Source of the DNA: Pseudovirgaria hyperparasitica
Taxonomy: Eukaryota
Length of the DNA: 64,000 nucleotides
Assembly: GCA_010093815.1 (NCBI GenBank)
Contig: ML996574.1
Direction: 5' to 3' (one strand)
Part shown: positions 8,492 through 22,230 of the stretch, in pieces
Layout: every line of letters begins with the position of its first letter
Position numbering within the stretch: the first letter of the stretch is position 1
Program-made: the position numbers and the translations under genes
Notes under the pieces: model-generated
Database searches by the model: none
The model's input: only the letters and a program-made list of their open reading frames with translations
What the model was told of the DNA's origin: nothing

Positions 8492-11400
8492 TCTTGCTTA
8501 TCCCGCGGCACGGAGGAATGCGTAACAATGTCTCGTCTATCGCATGGATCAGTCTTGTCCAAACATGTCTCGTGGTAGGTTCGGTAAGCGTGGTGGAGGT
8601 GAGTCTGGGGAAAGGGTAATGTGATTGATTTTTCTCTTACTTACATGGTGCTTTGAAAGGGTAGAGAACAATGGGAGCGTGGTGAATTGAGTTGTGTTGG
8701 AGGTGAGCACCGCAGCAACAATATGAGGCACCTGTTTCTAACTCTTCTCGGACGAAACAACACACGAAAGGAATGTCCAGGAATTTTTTCGGAAATGAAG
8801 AGCAAACGGTGACTACCTTCGCTGGACCTATCAGGTCTGAGTGGCAATGTGATAATTGCAAATTAGTGGATCGGAATGCTAGCTGATCTTGTAAGTCGGC
8901 TGCTGAACCTCGATGTGGGCTGGAGAAAGGAATGCTCTTCGGACGACTGCGCAGTGAATCTTATACAACCACCAACGCTGATCAGATCTCCACAGATGAC
9001 AGTCGAGACGAACGAGCTTCGAAGCTTTCCGAAACGAGACAGCAAGACCTAGTCTCTACAAGGGATAAATTGTCGAGGGAGGAGATGCAGGAACGGTCTG
9101 CCCTGAGTGATTAGAGTGGAGGTGCTGGTGGTCTTCGTGTTGATGGGTACCAAACAAGTAACCGAGAGGTGAAGTTGAGGGAGTAAGTGGAGCTTCTTAT
9201 GCCCAAGTCCAAAAGTCGTTTAGCCTTGCACACCATGAATGATTCAACCCGTGAGGGTGGTATAGGACAAAACTTTGCAACGAAATTAGAAAGTCGCTAA
9301 TCCGGTATCGCGTAGAGAAGCTGTTGTCAGCGCAGAACTGGAGGGCCACCGCACGGGACCACCAGGGTCGAGGATACTTGGTGCTTGCGGCACTTCCAAG
9401 TCAGAGCACTGCCTACAAGCTACACCCATGGGCTCTATCCGCTGTTCTTGCCCATGAGTCGGAATCTTGATCTTACATGAGACCTGGTCGCGATAGCGGT
9501 CAGGACGTTAAGCAATGACCCCTTGAAACTACCGTTGGCAAAGCCCCCCACCAACATCATGATGTTCCTAACATGATGTTCCTTACTGCATCTCAATTGC
9601 CGCCGCCTATATCGAGCTAAGTCTTCTGGAACCTCGATCTTACTATTGCGGCGATCAGGACGGAGAAACGATCCGCTAGGGTAGTCGGAATGACCAGCAG
9701 GAATGTGGCACGAGACATAATCCATTCCTGGCACTAATTATGGAACTGCTGGGTATGTCAATTCGGCTGATCAAGCCGCGCTAGAAGTGTAAAACACCCG
9801 CGCTCAGCGTCCCACAAGGTCGTAGTGACTTATGGGCGACTATTAAACCAATCACACGATGCGGTCTGACCGTTCGCATGGCAATCCAGATACCACAGAT
9901 ATACCTATCCTGAACGTCCTGATGATCTGTAAAGGTGGTGGGGGAGGCTTTTACTGCTTGGATTTCCCGATTCGTTGAGTCACTGCGCCCTACTATACAG
10001 CAAGTTTGGTACAGGCCGGAAGCATAGCAACCGTTTAGACTTTCAACGGCGACAAGTGGACGGTCGGTAAGAGCCTACTCCCGCTTGTGGCTCCTAGGCG
10101 TAATTCTAATTTTTTTCCCACCAAAAACTAGTTTCTAGCCTCACAATGTCGATGTCTCTTCGCCGTTCTACGTTGGCACAGGGCCTCCCAACCCCCCTGG
10201 TACGACATAGCAAACCCTCTGTGCCTTGCCCACATAAGTTGACCCCGCTTGTTGGCACTAGAAATTAACAGGCGGCGACAATTAGACAATTAGACAATTA
10301 GACTGTTGGTCTCAGACTTTGGGTGGATCTCACCCGGAGCCAAGCATACAGTCCTGGCAAAGACCAAGCCGAACCTCATTCACGCACTGTGGGGTTAGCC
10401 ACAGTGCGGCCGTAACACTGCCCACATTTATACATAGTATTGACATGACTTGGAGAGCATTCTAAAACGTGGTCTAGGCATGGTGATGCCCGTTTAGACG
10501 CGACTTGTGATCTGCCCCTCCTCCCCCCCCCCCTTATTCCCCCGCTATACACGCTATTCATTTCACATCACAGTACAACACATATTAGACTAGGGTATAA
10601 TGACCCGGGAAAGATGTTGGTTAACTGCTAGGTTCCATTTTAGGGCGCTTCTCGCGTCTGCTCGAGTCAGATTCCGTCAGAGCCGCGCGGTGCTTGGCCG
10701 CTCCAACAGGGATCTCTATCAGATTACATCCTAGTCTCAGTACGCCGTACACTCCCACACCTTTTTCTTAATGATTTGTATGGCTAACTATTGAGGCACA
10801 ATCGTTTTCGCATTGCAACTAGTAGAGACAAACAGAGCCGTCCAGCCTCGAAGTATGCCTGCGGCACAGCAAGGCGCAGCAGATGCCAGCAACCTTCAAT
10901 CTGCGCAGCCTTACCTGAAATTTTGCCCTGCCACTGTTGGTTTGCGCTGTCACGCCATTGCACTGCGAAGAAGTCTGCGACGGTCAAGCTGCACTTGTGC
11001 CGCTATTAATGCTTCATCCAGCAGCTTGACCTATCGATGCGGCTGCATTCATGCAATCTACGGGTTACTCTGCCTCGTTCTCAACGCAAGACAAAGATGC
11101 AAACGAGAATAAGTCGCTCGATGCCGACACTCCATCAATCCCTTGACCGCGGAATAGTACCCCGGCACGAGACGTCGAGGGGCAAAGATCTCTTTTGAAA
11201 GTGAGGAAGAGGAGAAGCCCGGATATCGCGCAGAGGAAGACGGGAAGAGACAATGACAATGACGCCTGGTTGAATCGCATCCAACGTAGTTTGGACGACA
11301 ACATGACACGTTGGCTCGTCTGCATACTCGTCTACCCCAGGCGCATCTTCTCGCCGAAGCATCCGGTGAACCACTTTGCACCACTATGCCTAGGGTTCGT

Positions 11401-14400
11401 GTGTGAGACCATTATTATTGAATGTCTATGGGCCTTCCACAGACCTGACTCGATCTATGGAACCACAGTCACGTTCTTTTCCTCGATTCACGGTCTGTGA
11501 AATGCAACCCGATACTGTGGGAATGCACACCATTTCTTACCGCGAAAGCACTCAGCTGCAGTAGAGTTGTCGCACCGCATAATCTTGCTTGCAGCTTCAG
11601 CATGCGTGTCCACTTGGACCTCTCCAGTCGAACCATAGTTCATCTTGACTCTGGCTATGAACCTTGCTGTCAGTACCACCAGACTTGGATCATATTTATA
11701 GCGTTTGGGCAGGCCAGGAATTCTGTTTCAATATTTACTATATGCTATTCAATTTGCGATCTCCACGGAATCGCCCCAGGGTGGATCCTGAACGACGATC
11801 TGCTCGCTCACGCAGACATATGTTGGAGCCTAGGCATCGATTGAGGGATTAATGCCTTCCCAGTCTAGTGTTCAGCCACTACTAGACAGTGACTGAATAT
11901 CGTGATTCCTCACTGCCATTGTATTGAATCCAAGAATTCTTGGTCTTCAAAAGGTGTGGCTGGGACCCTGAATGCTAGTCGTCGCTACCTGATGCCACTC
12001 TTGACGATGGTGAGTCGCCTGATATGATTTTGTGTCCCAAGTCATGTCCCACGACATATCGAATTTCTGATCAGCGACCAGTACTCGAATCAGGTGTGAC
12101 CTCTAGCTTGAACTACACTGATTCGTCTCCGAGTGTTCTGAATGTCTGTCAAATCCATCCGCTTGCCAGACCCTTCTCGAGACATGCATAGTTGACGAAG
12201 GCTCAACCTTGACCCAGTGCACGGTGACGAGTGGAGCAGTCTGCTCGGTTAGCACGCTGAATGGTGTTGTTGTTGTATCATGTTTCGTGATAGGAGGATG
12301 GTCATCCCTTCAACACGTCTATAAGGACCGTTGAACGTCCCCACATGTTCTAAAAGGGGTCTGTAGGGCTGTCCAGGACGTCCAGTCGGGCCCTACACGC
12401 TCGTATGACCCGCGTCCCGCAACAGCATTATGACAGCGATGTTTTTGGGCTGGCATCTACACTGTGACATGTATGTATCGTGGAGCGTCGGTGTATCTTG
12501 AACCTTTCGGTATGTCAATCACCCCGACCTCATGGTAAGAACATATTCTTGGAGATGTTAGCGACCGCCATCTCGATACACAGGGCTTCGATTACCACAT
12601 GCTCTCGATCAATGCTGCCTCGGCGCATATCACATATGTAGACCGTATGGTTCGAATGAAGCACGCTTAACCCGAAGCATCTGTATCGTCACTGCCGAAT
12701 TCTAGCATGTAGTGTTATGTGGCCCGGCACTGACCGCTAGTAACATACATCCTCGAGTTCTGCCTACATCTACAATTACCTCCCCCTAGCATCGGCTCCA
12801 CCGACGTTACGCTTGTACTAATTCGATCACAGAGTGTGCCTTCTGGAAGGTTTCAGGATTCAATCACGCTAGAAAGCGCTAAGATTCAAGCTTAATGAGC
12901 TTCCAGGTTTTTGTAGATCACACCTAGTTGTCTCTTTTCAAGATGCTTGTCCTTGCAAAGGTGCAGATCCAGCCATATGCATGCACCTTGTCCCTGGAGA
13001 CACGAAGTGATGTGCACTGGGTCGTACGCATTCTTCCCTCGAAAGAACTGGCGCCTGTCGCGACTCATCAACGGCCCTCATCCCAGTCGACATTCTGCTT
13101 GCGCGAACGCATCGCGTGCGACAGTTTACCGTCTCACCAACTTGAAACACATACAGGAACACACCAAACACTTGAAAGTGCAGAAAAAGGAAACATACTT
13201 GAGCTGTCCTACATGCACCGGTCGACAACTGTGCGTTCGCCGACGTCTAGATATTGAGCTAAGACCAATTGTCTGTCCATCTCTCAATGGGGATCGCGTG
13301 AACACTTGCTCACCACCACGGCGGGAGCACAGGGGCCTGAAGCATGACTTCGAGTGGTGGCAATATTGAGATCTGTAGACAGCCATGTGCTGTGTTGATG
13401 CAGCAATAGTCTATATCTACGTCTTCAGAGTCGATGAGTATCAGGTAAGTTGATATTTTCTTCCTCAGTACCGCATGTTACATCACGGAATGATAGCCCG
13501 CGGTTTCCAAAACCATTTTCACCAAAATTATACATCTCCATAGAATATACTCTGACCTTCAAGTTGTCGCACACTATCAAAATCCGACATATCGCCATTC
13601 TCATTCAGTAACGTCTCTTCATCCTTGCACTACCCTCCTTTCGTCATGTCCAGCATACCCATATCGCCTATTCCTACCTCGAGCCAGTCATTCATCTGAC
13701 TTAACCCAGCATCTTCTTGATTTCTTCCTGAAGCGTCCTCTAAACCCAGCACGCGATACCAAAGACTTTACCCGCTCCGTGGATCTCCGGGACCCTTATT
13801 CATCTCGTTCTTTGTGATCTCACATACACTTCCATCTGGTTCTTGCATCTCCTTGATCTATCGAACCGACCGTTTGCTGCTCCACTTCTTCGTCCCCTTT
13901 TCCCTCCCGCCTCCCCACTCTCTCCGCCATTTCCGTCAGCCGTCCCACGCGAACTCCACACTCGACGAAACCCCTGGAGAGTTTCATCTTTCAATACAAC
14001 GCGACTGCATGACGTCTCATATTCACTAGAACACTGTCTGTTCTAAAACGGGTCCATCTTCTGCCCACATCCTGGCGCCCCTATGTACCTCGGTAGCATG
14101 GCATACATGCTCACAAACTGATACACGTAATGCTTATACATGGTTTCGCGGCGTGGGGGGACACACACACACACACACATACGCATACACATACAAACAT
14201 ATATAGCGCCCCCTGCTAAGACATCGTCCCAAGGAAATGTTTCCTCCCGCTTTCTACCAGACCCCAACTCCCATTGTCTTGGGTCGTGATTAGAGCACCC
14301 TCGCGGCTTTGACCGGTGATGGTATATCATACTATTCTATTCTATTGACTTTTGCTATGGACCGAGGTAAGTAGATAGATGAGTAGCAAGGCAGGAAGGA

Positions 14401-14899
14401 AGGCAGACCGGAAAAACGGAAGATAGGACATACAGAGGTGGTAACGCAGAAGGAAGGAAGGAAGGAAAGAAGGTATGCGACCAGTCTCAAGCTTACAATC
14501 CCCCAGTCCGTCATGATTCCGTCTCGTCGTCTTGCGGTAATCTCGCCGTTGGTTGTTTGGAAGAGGTGAGGTGAGAGTGTACAGTGTACATTTTACAAGG
14601 TATACGCGCAATACATGATGTCGGCGATCGCCGATGGCCTACGTAGACCTACCACTTCTACTATGATCATTATTCTAGTATGAACTTCCATCAGTCGGTA
14701 GCATAGCCTAACGAGCAACACATACAGAATATACATCCACATATATCCAATACACAGACGTCCCTGCGGAGTTGCATCATGAATAGCAATATTCCTGCAG
14801 GGATAATTTGATGCAAGTAATGCGCTTGTGTGTATCTATATGTATCTTAGCGTTGTGTTTGTATCCTTATATTAACCATTCTCACATTCGCACACGAAG

Positions 14900-15331
14900 A
14901 AATGGCTCCGTACGCGTATACTAGACTAACTAATGTAGCGTACTGGTACAGAGAGATGTAGAGTACGTAGTTTTAGAGTCTCAATAGGGGCATGTTAGAG
15001 TTTACGAACGACATCTTGAAAATTTGATAGATGCAAAACTTCTTACAACGCAAGAGGTTGATTTGCTATATGTTATTGACTACTAGATATCATTAAACGC
15101 TAGCTATTAGAGGTCCTAGAGGCACTTAGATAGAGGAAAGAATTTCAATACACCTACCTAGATTTACTTGATTATAGAAGTAATGAAATATAGATCTAAG
15201 GCTAATAGAGATCTCTCCCTATAAGGATAGATTAATTATAACTACTTTAAAGTATTATGACTAGCGGCCATTAGCAAGATACGTACGATAACACTCTTCT
15301 CTGCGTCTTTTTCTCTAGCATTATCGCGATT

Positions 15332-15364
<33 letters not shown>

Positions 15365-15404
15365 NNNNNNNNNNNNNNNNNNNNNNNNNNNNNNNNNNNN
15401 NNNN

Positions 15405-15437
<33 letters not shown>

Positions 15438-15585
15438 TAACACGGGGGTCTATGTCTAGGAATTAATACAATTTATTTATTCATTTGTTCATCCATCCAC
15501 ATATGAACTATATAGGATCTTAACTAATCTTATAATATCTTATTAAATCCTATAACATCTTATCCCATTCTATATCATCTTAGCT
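14900..15585. other. AT/TpA-rich RIP-like tract
   Basis: Visible excess of TA, TAG and CTA, with no ORFs. Judged by eye. Confidence 0.5.
15332..15437. repeat. (CTA)n microsatellite spanning an assembly gap (N 15365-15404)
   Basis: Directly visible. Confidence 0.95.
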
Positions 15586-15632
15586 CATCTTCGTCCGCGC
15601 TCCAAGATAAGTCCTCCTCCTTCTACTTCTTC

Positions 15633-15782
15633 TTCTTCTCCTTCTTCTCCTTCTTCTCCTTCTTCTCCTTCTTCTCCTTCTTCTCCTTCTTCTCCTTCTN
15701 NNNNNNNNNCTTCTTCTCCTTCTTCTCCTTCTTCTCCTTCTTCTCCTTCTTCTCCTTCTTCTCCTTCTTCTCCTTCTCCTTC
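15633..15782. repeat. (TTCTTCTCC)n 9-bp tandem repeat spanning a gap (N 15700-15709)
   Basis: Directly visible polypyrimidine array. Confidence 0.95.
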
Positions 15783-16407
15783 TTTACTAATCATAATCTT
15801 CAATATCACTATCATGCACCTATCGTTACTAGCAGCCATACACGCGCAGGACTACTAGTTAGGGCCAAAGGAGCTCAACTCCGTTCACTTGGATGCATCG
15901 GCGAAGAATTCACGAAAAAGAGACATAGAGGTAGAGGAGCAGAGTATCTCGATTAAGAAAGTCCTCCTTCAAGGTTCTGTCGTTACTTATTAAAAAGGTG
16001 ATACCCCCAGGAGGTATTAAAGCGGGGTGTGAGGGCAGGCATGCACCCACCACCATGCCATGCCATGCCATGCTATATACAAAAACAAACCACATGCATC
16101 CACCGGTAGATATCCCACTCGACACGATATCAATACCGATACATGGCTTCCAAAAAATTTAAAATTTTGGCAGTAGCACACCACCAGATACAGTCATCAC
16201 CGCCCCAGGAAGAAAAAAAACGCCCAAAATATCCACAATCCATAAATACATATCCAAGACCCCGATTTTGGCAGCAATCCCAATTTTTCCCCAACATACT
16301 TTTATACGTTATTTCCACAAAAAGATGACACGACCTCCGTCCGCTATGCTGCATTGCGCAATTTTTTTTTGGGGGGGAATCATCAAAACACACAAGTCAG
16401 GTCACCA

Positions 16408-19212
16408 TTATTTCTTCTTCTTGTTCTTCTTATCCACCGGTATTCCTGCGCCTCCCAGGATGTCATCGAATGTCGTCTTTCCACTACCCGCCCGACTCCC
16501 GGGCCTACTGCCTCCCGCTCCGGCTCCTAGCCCCATCGGATCGATGCCTGCCGGTACAGGTAGTGCTTCCAAACCCAGCATCATCACGCTCTCTCTCTTG
16601 CCCCTACCGCTAGGCGTAGGACTCTCTGCACGCAGACTTCTCGGTCGCGGCATCGCCTCGCCGCCGCCCATAATTGCAGGCGGCGGCGCAAGACCGCCTT
16701 GGTGAGCGCCACCCTGTGGATCGAGCATGTCCTGCACAGCGGCGTCAAGCAGACCACCGATTTCGTGACTCCAAACCTCGGCCATTTTCCACGCGTGGCT
16801 GCGCCGGTAGATGCCCTCTACGCCATGCTCGACAACATCTGCAGGGAGAGACACAACACCCGTGGAGCCTGCGATGCCGTACCAGTTGCGCTGGGTGGCG
16901 TGCGCATCGTCAGTGCGCGCCCAAGGCACTCCGGAGCGAGGAACCTCGCAAAGGAAGTACTCCACGCCAGCCGTCCACTTGAGACCTGGCGCGTCGATGA
17001 CAAGCATAGGGAGAGCATTGAGGACTGCGTAAAGGAAGAGCCATTGTCCGATGCGCAGGTCAAGGATCTCATCAAAGGTGCGGTTGTGGGCGGTCTTAGA
17101 CTCGAGTTCGAAGAAGGCGGCGAGGAAAGGGTGGGATGGTTTGACGGCGTCTGCGTTGTGAGTAGATTTGAGCAGAGTGCGGACTTCGTCGTCTTTGAGC
17201 TTCTTCGCGCGAGTTTTAGCATCTCTCTTTGCATCGCCTGTGGTGTGATCTTTACGAATGGTGGAGAGAGAGGGGAGGAGGGGGACGTCAAAGGGGATGG
17301 GTGGTTGAACGGGAGGGGACGCGCGGTCATATTCTGACAGAACGAGACGCAAGGCTCTGGCAATGGCTTGCTCATCAGACTCATCGTCAGGCTGGCCGAC
17401 AGGGTCGAGAGTGCGAGTTGTGAGATTTGTACGGTCAACCAGCATATCATATAGGACAGACATGTCATCGTAGAGCTCTTTCAGCACAAGGCGGTTCAGC
17501 CCACTCGTCTCAAGAGAGTTCTTCTTGGAGCTTGCTTTAGGAGGCCAGGCACCGTACTTGTGTTTGTAGTAGCCCATGATGTACTTTCGCGTTCCCATAA
17601 AGGCAGATTGCCAGGCCTGGAAACGAACTTGCTTCCGTTCGGATGAGGTCTTGCTGTTCATGATGCCGGCGAAAATAGAGGGAAAATCAAAGTCTTGCAA
17701 ACGGCCATTGATATTCTTCTGGCGCATCTCAAGATCCATGGCCGCTCTGTCCATCTTGTTATGGGTCTTTGAGCTTATGAGCGTGAATTTGGGGCTTTTC
17801 ATCTTTTTGAGCTCGTCCCGTTTCCCTACACCATGGACGAAGCCCTCGTTGTACAAGGCCTGGCAGCGCATACGCTCACCTAGGACAATAGCCTCAACGG
17901 TCTTTTCTCGGCTCGACCGTACGTCATCGAGGTTTAGCTCTTCCACATAGTTTGCGAAACTTGCACTTGCAACCTCTCCGTGCGTTGATCCATCAAGATT
18001 TGAAAACTCCCATGTGTCGAGAAGCTCTGCAATCTTCATGAACGCACTAAACACGGATGGCCGCCTCTCAGTTGCAACTAACGACTGCCCGACAAGGAAG
18101 GCAAATAGATTGCGAACACCGATCAAGAGCTCTGAGTCGTCCACTGTCAAGCATGCATTCGGCTTGTTTGCCATCACATCAGGACTGAGAGTCAAAGGGA
18201 GATACAGATGCGTTTCTGCCGGCCCAGAGAAGTCGGGATCAGTGAGAGGGCGCGAGCGTCGAGAACCAGAACCAGAGCCAGAGCCAGAACTAGAACTTTG
18301 CATGTCCAGAGGTCTGAGATCAGGAGATGTATCCGGCGGAGGGGTGGCATCGCTGAGAGAAGAGTGTCGGGACCCTGCGTCTATAGGTTTACGTCGGACG
18401 ACGGAAGAATGTCGTTGCTCGGGTGCGATGGCTTCGCTGTAGACTCTCCCATGGGCAATACGAGTCAGAACAGGCGAGCTGGAGTAATGAGCAGAATGCA
18501 CACGAAAAGATGGTCCTTTGTCCGATGTTCGGGGAAAGAGGTATATGAAGGTGTCACCAGTGTAGTCCCATAGCTCGGAAACCTAGAACACAATTTAGTG
18601 CGGGCCAAAAATACCACGTTGTGCACAACTAACCCTCTGACCGGCTAGCAAGGCCCCTAGAGTATATGGTACGACTTCATCATGCCCCGCGATCCATGCT
18701 GACGGCTTGTTGCTGATTTTTCGATTGTCTTTTAGGTCTTTCGACAAGAACTTCTTCTTTGGCTTTCCCTCGCTCAGATCGCTTGTGCTTCGAAGTGTAT
18801 GTGTGGGCGCGAAACCTCCAACGATGCTTCCGGGACGAGAGCTGGCAGGCGATCCAGTCTGTGGCGCACCATCACTGAAACGTGGAGGAGGAAGTAATTC
18901 GGTTTCGAGCGGTGGCAAGGCTGGTTGATTTTGTGACGGAGGCTGCACAGGATGGTGGCCTTCTGGTGGAGAGTAATTTGGCAGCGAAAAATTCGGAATC
19001 GAAGATGTAGATGAGACAGATGTGTGTGACGGTACGCGGTCTTGTGAGGCCTTTCTGAGCTTCCTCAGACTTGGCAACGGGCTCTTCTCGCGTATACGGG
19101 ATGTAGATGAATTGTTCGCCTGAGCAGGCGCGGCAGGCGTAAGCAAGTCATCATTACTACTGAAGGACAGGAAGGTGGAGAGTCTCTTTGACCTCCGTGT
19201 GAAAGCCTCCAT
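16408..19212 (-). CDS. Fungal hypothetical protein (DUF8004-like), two exons 19212-18634 and 18582-16408
   Basis: Intron 18633-18583 GTTAGT...CTAA...CTAG joins ...LLAGQR to VSELWDYTGDTFIYLFP...GPSF. Globular core RNLFAFL, YNEGFVHGVG, WLFLYAVL, VEYFLC, GIYRRSH; polybasic C-terminus. The family name is from recollection. Confidence 0.88.
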
Positions 19213-20629
19213 GTCCAGTGGTTATGAGAGAAGTCGGACAGGGAGGGAGAGGAGTGGCTCCAAAAAGAAGGGAGATAATAGCCTGGCCGAAAAGGAAGCA
19301 CAAGAGGAGAGGAGAGGCAGTCTTGGGCCGAAGCGGGTCTGAAGAGCGGACGTGTAAGTTTTGACTGGCGATTCATCGGTGAAGGGTCTCTTACCTTTCA
19401 AGGAAAACCTTGTCGCAGGGCCGCTGTGGGTGCGTGTGTGTGTGCGTCGACAGCGTCTCCACCAGATTGAGCCAAACAAGGAAAGGCGAGTATGGCGTGA
19501 GTGCTGGGTAAATGTCCGAGTTGATTACAAACAGCTCTGACGATGGCTACGCGGGCACATTCGTGGTCGGAAGACGGACAAGGCAAAGACAAGGGCAGGG
19601 GGCGGAGAAGAATAAGAAGTATGCCACGGTCGATAGGGAAGAGGTGAGAAGGTGGAGTGAATGAACAAAGAGTGAGACAGAAGGAGGGAGTAAAAGGGAC
19701 GGAGGAGAAAGAGAGGCTTAAGAAAAGCAGAACAAACACGACATGATGAGCATCTTCACAGTGACAGTGCCAGGCTACACGTTTGTAGCGTGCGTTGGCG
19801 GACGATGTGTACGTAACGGCAGGCCACGTTATGTTCTGAATAATGGAGATCATCGTAAGCAATTCCTGTACAGAGAGTCCTTCGCCCGTTTTTTTCCCTT
19901 GCCAGCAGACCAAAAGAAGCTTGACAGGGTGGATGCAAGTGAATGGGGGTATTGAAATGACGTACCACGACCGCGGGTGGCTGCTTTACCTGAGGCTCTA
20001 AGGCGCTGACACGCGAAGAAAAGGCGCCAAAGGCAAGCTAAACTTTCTAAAAGTAGCCAAGCACTCGCCAATCAGCCCTCAGCCACCGCCGCCGCTTGAT
20101 GGGCATGGGCTGCTGTTAATAATTAGGAGATCGCTGGAATCGCTGGAATCGCGAGAATAGTGGGGTAAGGCCGCCCGCCGCCCGCTAAGAAATATCTTCT
20201 CTCGCGCGCTCGCAAGACGACCAAAGGAGGAACACACACAGGTCAAGATACATCGACGTCGTACATGGACATAATGCGCACATACAATACACTGTACGAG
20301 TAGTAAATTACCTTGTTACCAACATGCATTCATCTTTTCAATATGTTTCAGCTTACCCATCAAACACCGAGGGATGGTACGTGCTACTGGTCAGACGAGT
20401 ATTGGTGCATCCGACCACGCCCCCTAAGCTGAAACATGTCCATGCAAGGATACGGGCAGTCTTGGGCTCTTTCGTTGAGGCATAAAAAAAGGCTTGGACC
20501 AACATTCAAAGCTCCAGCTCGATGCTCGTATGAGTTCCTGGTGTCCTTGGACGGACCCTTTCGCATCATCCTTCGGGGGCTGGGGCGGAAGTCTAATAGA
20601 CGAGCGCGTCCAACGATATGAAGCACAGC

Positions 20630-21190
20630 ACTATATTTCCTACTAGTAACCTATTAGGTACACTGGAACCTTAGTAATACTTCTCTTTAATTACATTAAG
20701 TATCTATAAAAGAAATATATAGTTAGAGAGGAAAATATAAAGGATTTTTGTATTAGAATGTAGTAGCTAGTCATCTATATAGGTTTAGTATAATCTACTT
20801 CGTCCGCTTAATTGATCTAATTACGTTTACGTTTGATACGATAGAAACATTGGCGGAAAAATCGCACCAGGAAACGGCAGTCGCTATTCTAGGTTTGGCG
20901 TACTCGCTTCGTCCAGCACGCTACGCCTAATTAGGCCTTTGCCCTGTCATCCTGTCAACAATGGTCCAAGATAATCACCGATCGCCGGAATGCCTCCGTG
21001 CGCAATTCGCATTACCAATATATGTTTTCTTAGGCGTATTAGCTTTTTTCTTCATGGTACTCTAATTATTACCTATAAATGTTATTTAACTAAAGGCGGC
21101 ACTATAGACCTATAGCATTAAAGAAATAGAGACTTGGAAAGTAGGGTTTTGGTAATAGGTGGCAGTCGGAGATTAAATTAGACCCCCTCT
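20630..21190. other. Patchy AT/TpA-rich RIP-like relic
   Basis: Two AT-rich blocks (~20630-20830 and ~21020-21190) rich in TA dinucleotides, with no credible ORF. Confidence 0.45.
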
Positions 21191-21519
21191 GTATCATATA
21201 AACTCGACCACAGGCCCACCCGTCATGCTCGTGGGTACAACAACACGCTCTCTCCTTTAACCATCCCCAACGCTCCTGCTCCTCGCTACTCATATTCCCT
21301 TTCTGTCATATAGACATCATGCCTACTCCCGCCCTGACTAAATAGCCCCGCGGAGGTGTCGCTGCACGGAACCACAACTGCACCATGAAGATGAGCACCG
21401 AGCAAGTTTTGCGAGCACATGAGCGAAAGTCCTGATCTTCAGTGTCCTTCATTAGAACAGGTGACAGCCTAGGCCAATCTGTCAAGCACACTCGTCTGTA
21501 TGTGTCTAGATCCGCATAC

Positions 21520-22230
21520 TAGATGATGATTTAATTGACGACGATATGCTTCCAGTAGAGGACTTGCTTGGATTAGAGGAACTTATGGCACCTTCATGAT
21601 TCATACGTTGGTCCCATCTTCGTCGAAAGGTAGGCATTCACTGGTAAGACTTGCCAGATCCGTAAACTGCGATATGGTGGCCACGAAAAAGCGAAGATGG
21701 ACAAGCTGGACTTCTGCTAGTTTGACAGAATCAATCAACAGTATGTACGCTTGGTACAATGCGGCGATCGTGTACCACGTATATCTATGGGACATCAGGA
21801 CTGCCAGCAACGGCATAGACCGTTGTTGGAGTGGAGTTTTCAGCGTCAAGAAGATCTTCCAGTATAGTCAGTGGTACACGTGCCGCTAAAGTCTTCAGAA
21901 ACTTATCGCCCCAGACACGGTTGAATTCTTCGCAGATGACTGGACGAAGATTACAACGACGGCGGCACTAATGTGCCAATTAGCCTCAGTCATTGGGTTT
22001 CCTCGACGTGTGATGGCATGAGACCCATCGGTTCACTTGTGCGATCACAGAGCGAATATCGTGGGCTTCGGAAAGGACTATTACCTAGAGTGGAGGATTC
22101 TGCGTATTATCTACCTGGAGTCCTGAATAAGAATCTTCCCTCCTCTACGGTGAAGGATAAAAATTGTTCATCGGGTTGCAAGAGGAAATATTTAGGACAA
22201 CGTACGACCTGACTCTCTTAACACAAGTCG
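21520..22230 (+). pseudogene. HET-domain pseudogene (HET-E N-terminal type)
   Basis: Fragments SASLTESINSMYAWYNAAIVYHVYLWDI, SQWYTCR*SLQKLIAPDTVEFFADDWTKI, ERISWASERT, RVEDSAYYLPGVL and LYGEG*KLFIGLQEEI match HET consensus blocks but contain stops and frameshifts. Boundaries are approximate. Confidence 0.85.

Noticed and set aside
12947..13369. Cys/His-containing 140-aa ORF (SCPTC)
   Set aside because: Non-ATG start, no coherent zinc-finger spacing, no family recognised.
15585..15839. ORF encoding (EEG)n
   Set aside because: Translation of a 9-bp tandem repeat across an N gap, with no other coding support.
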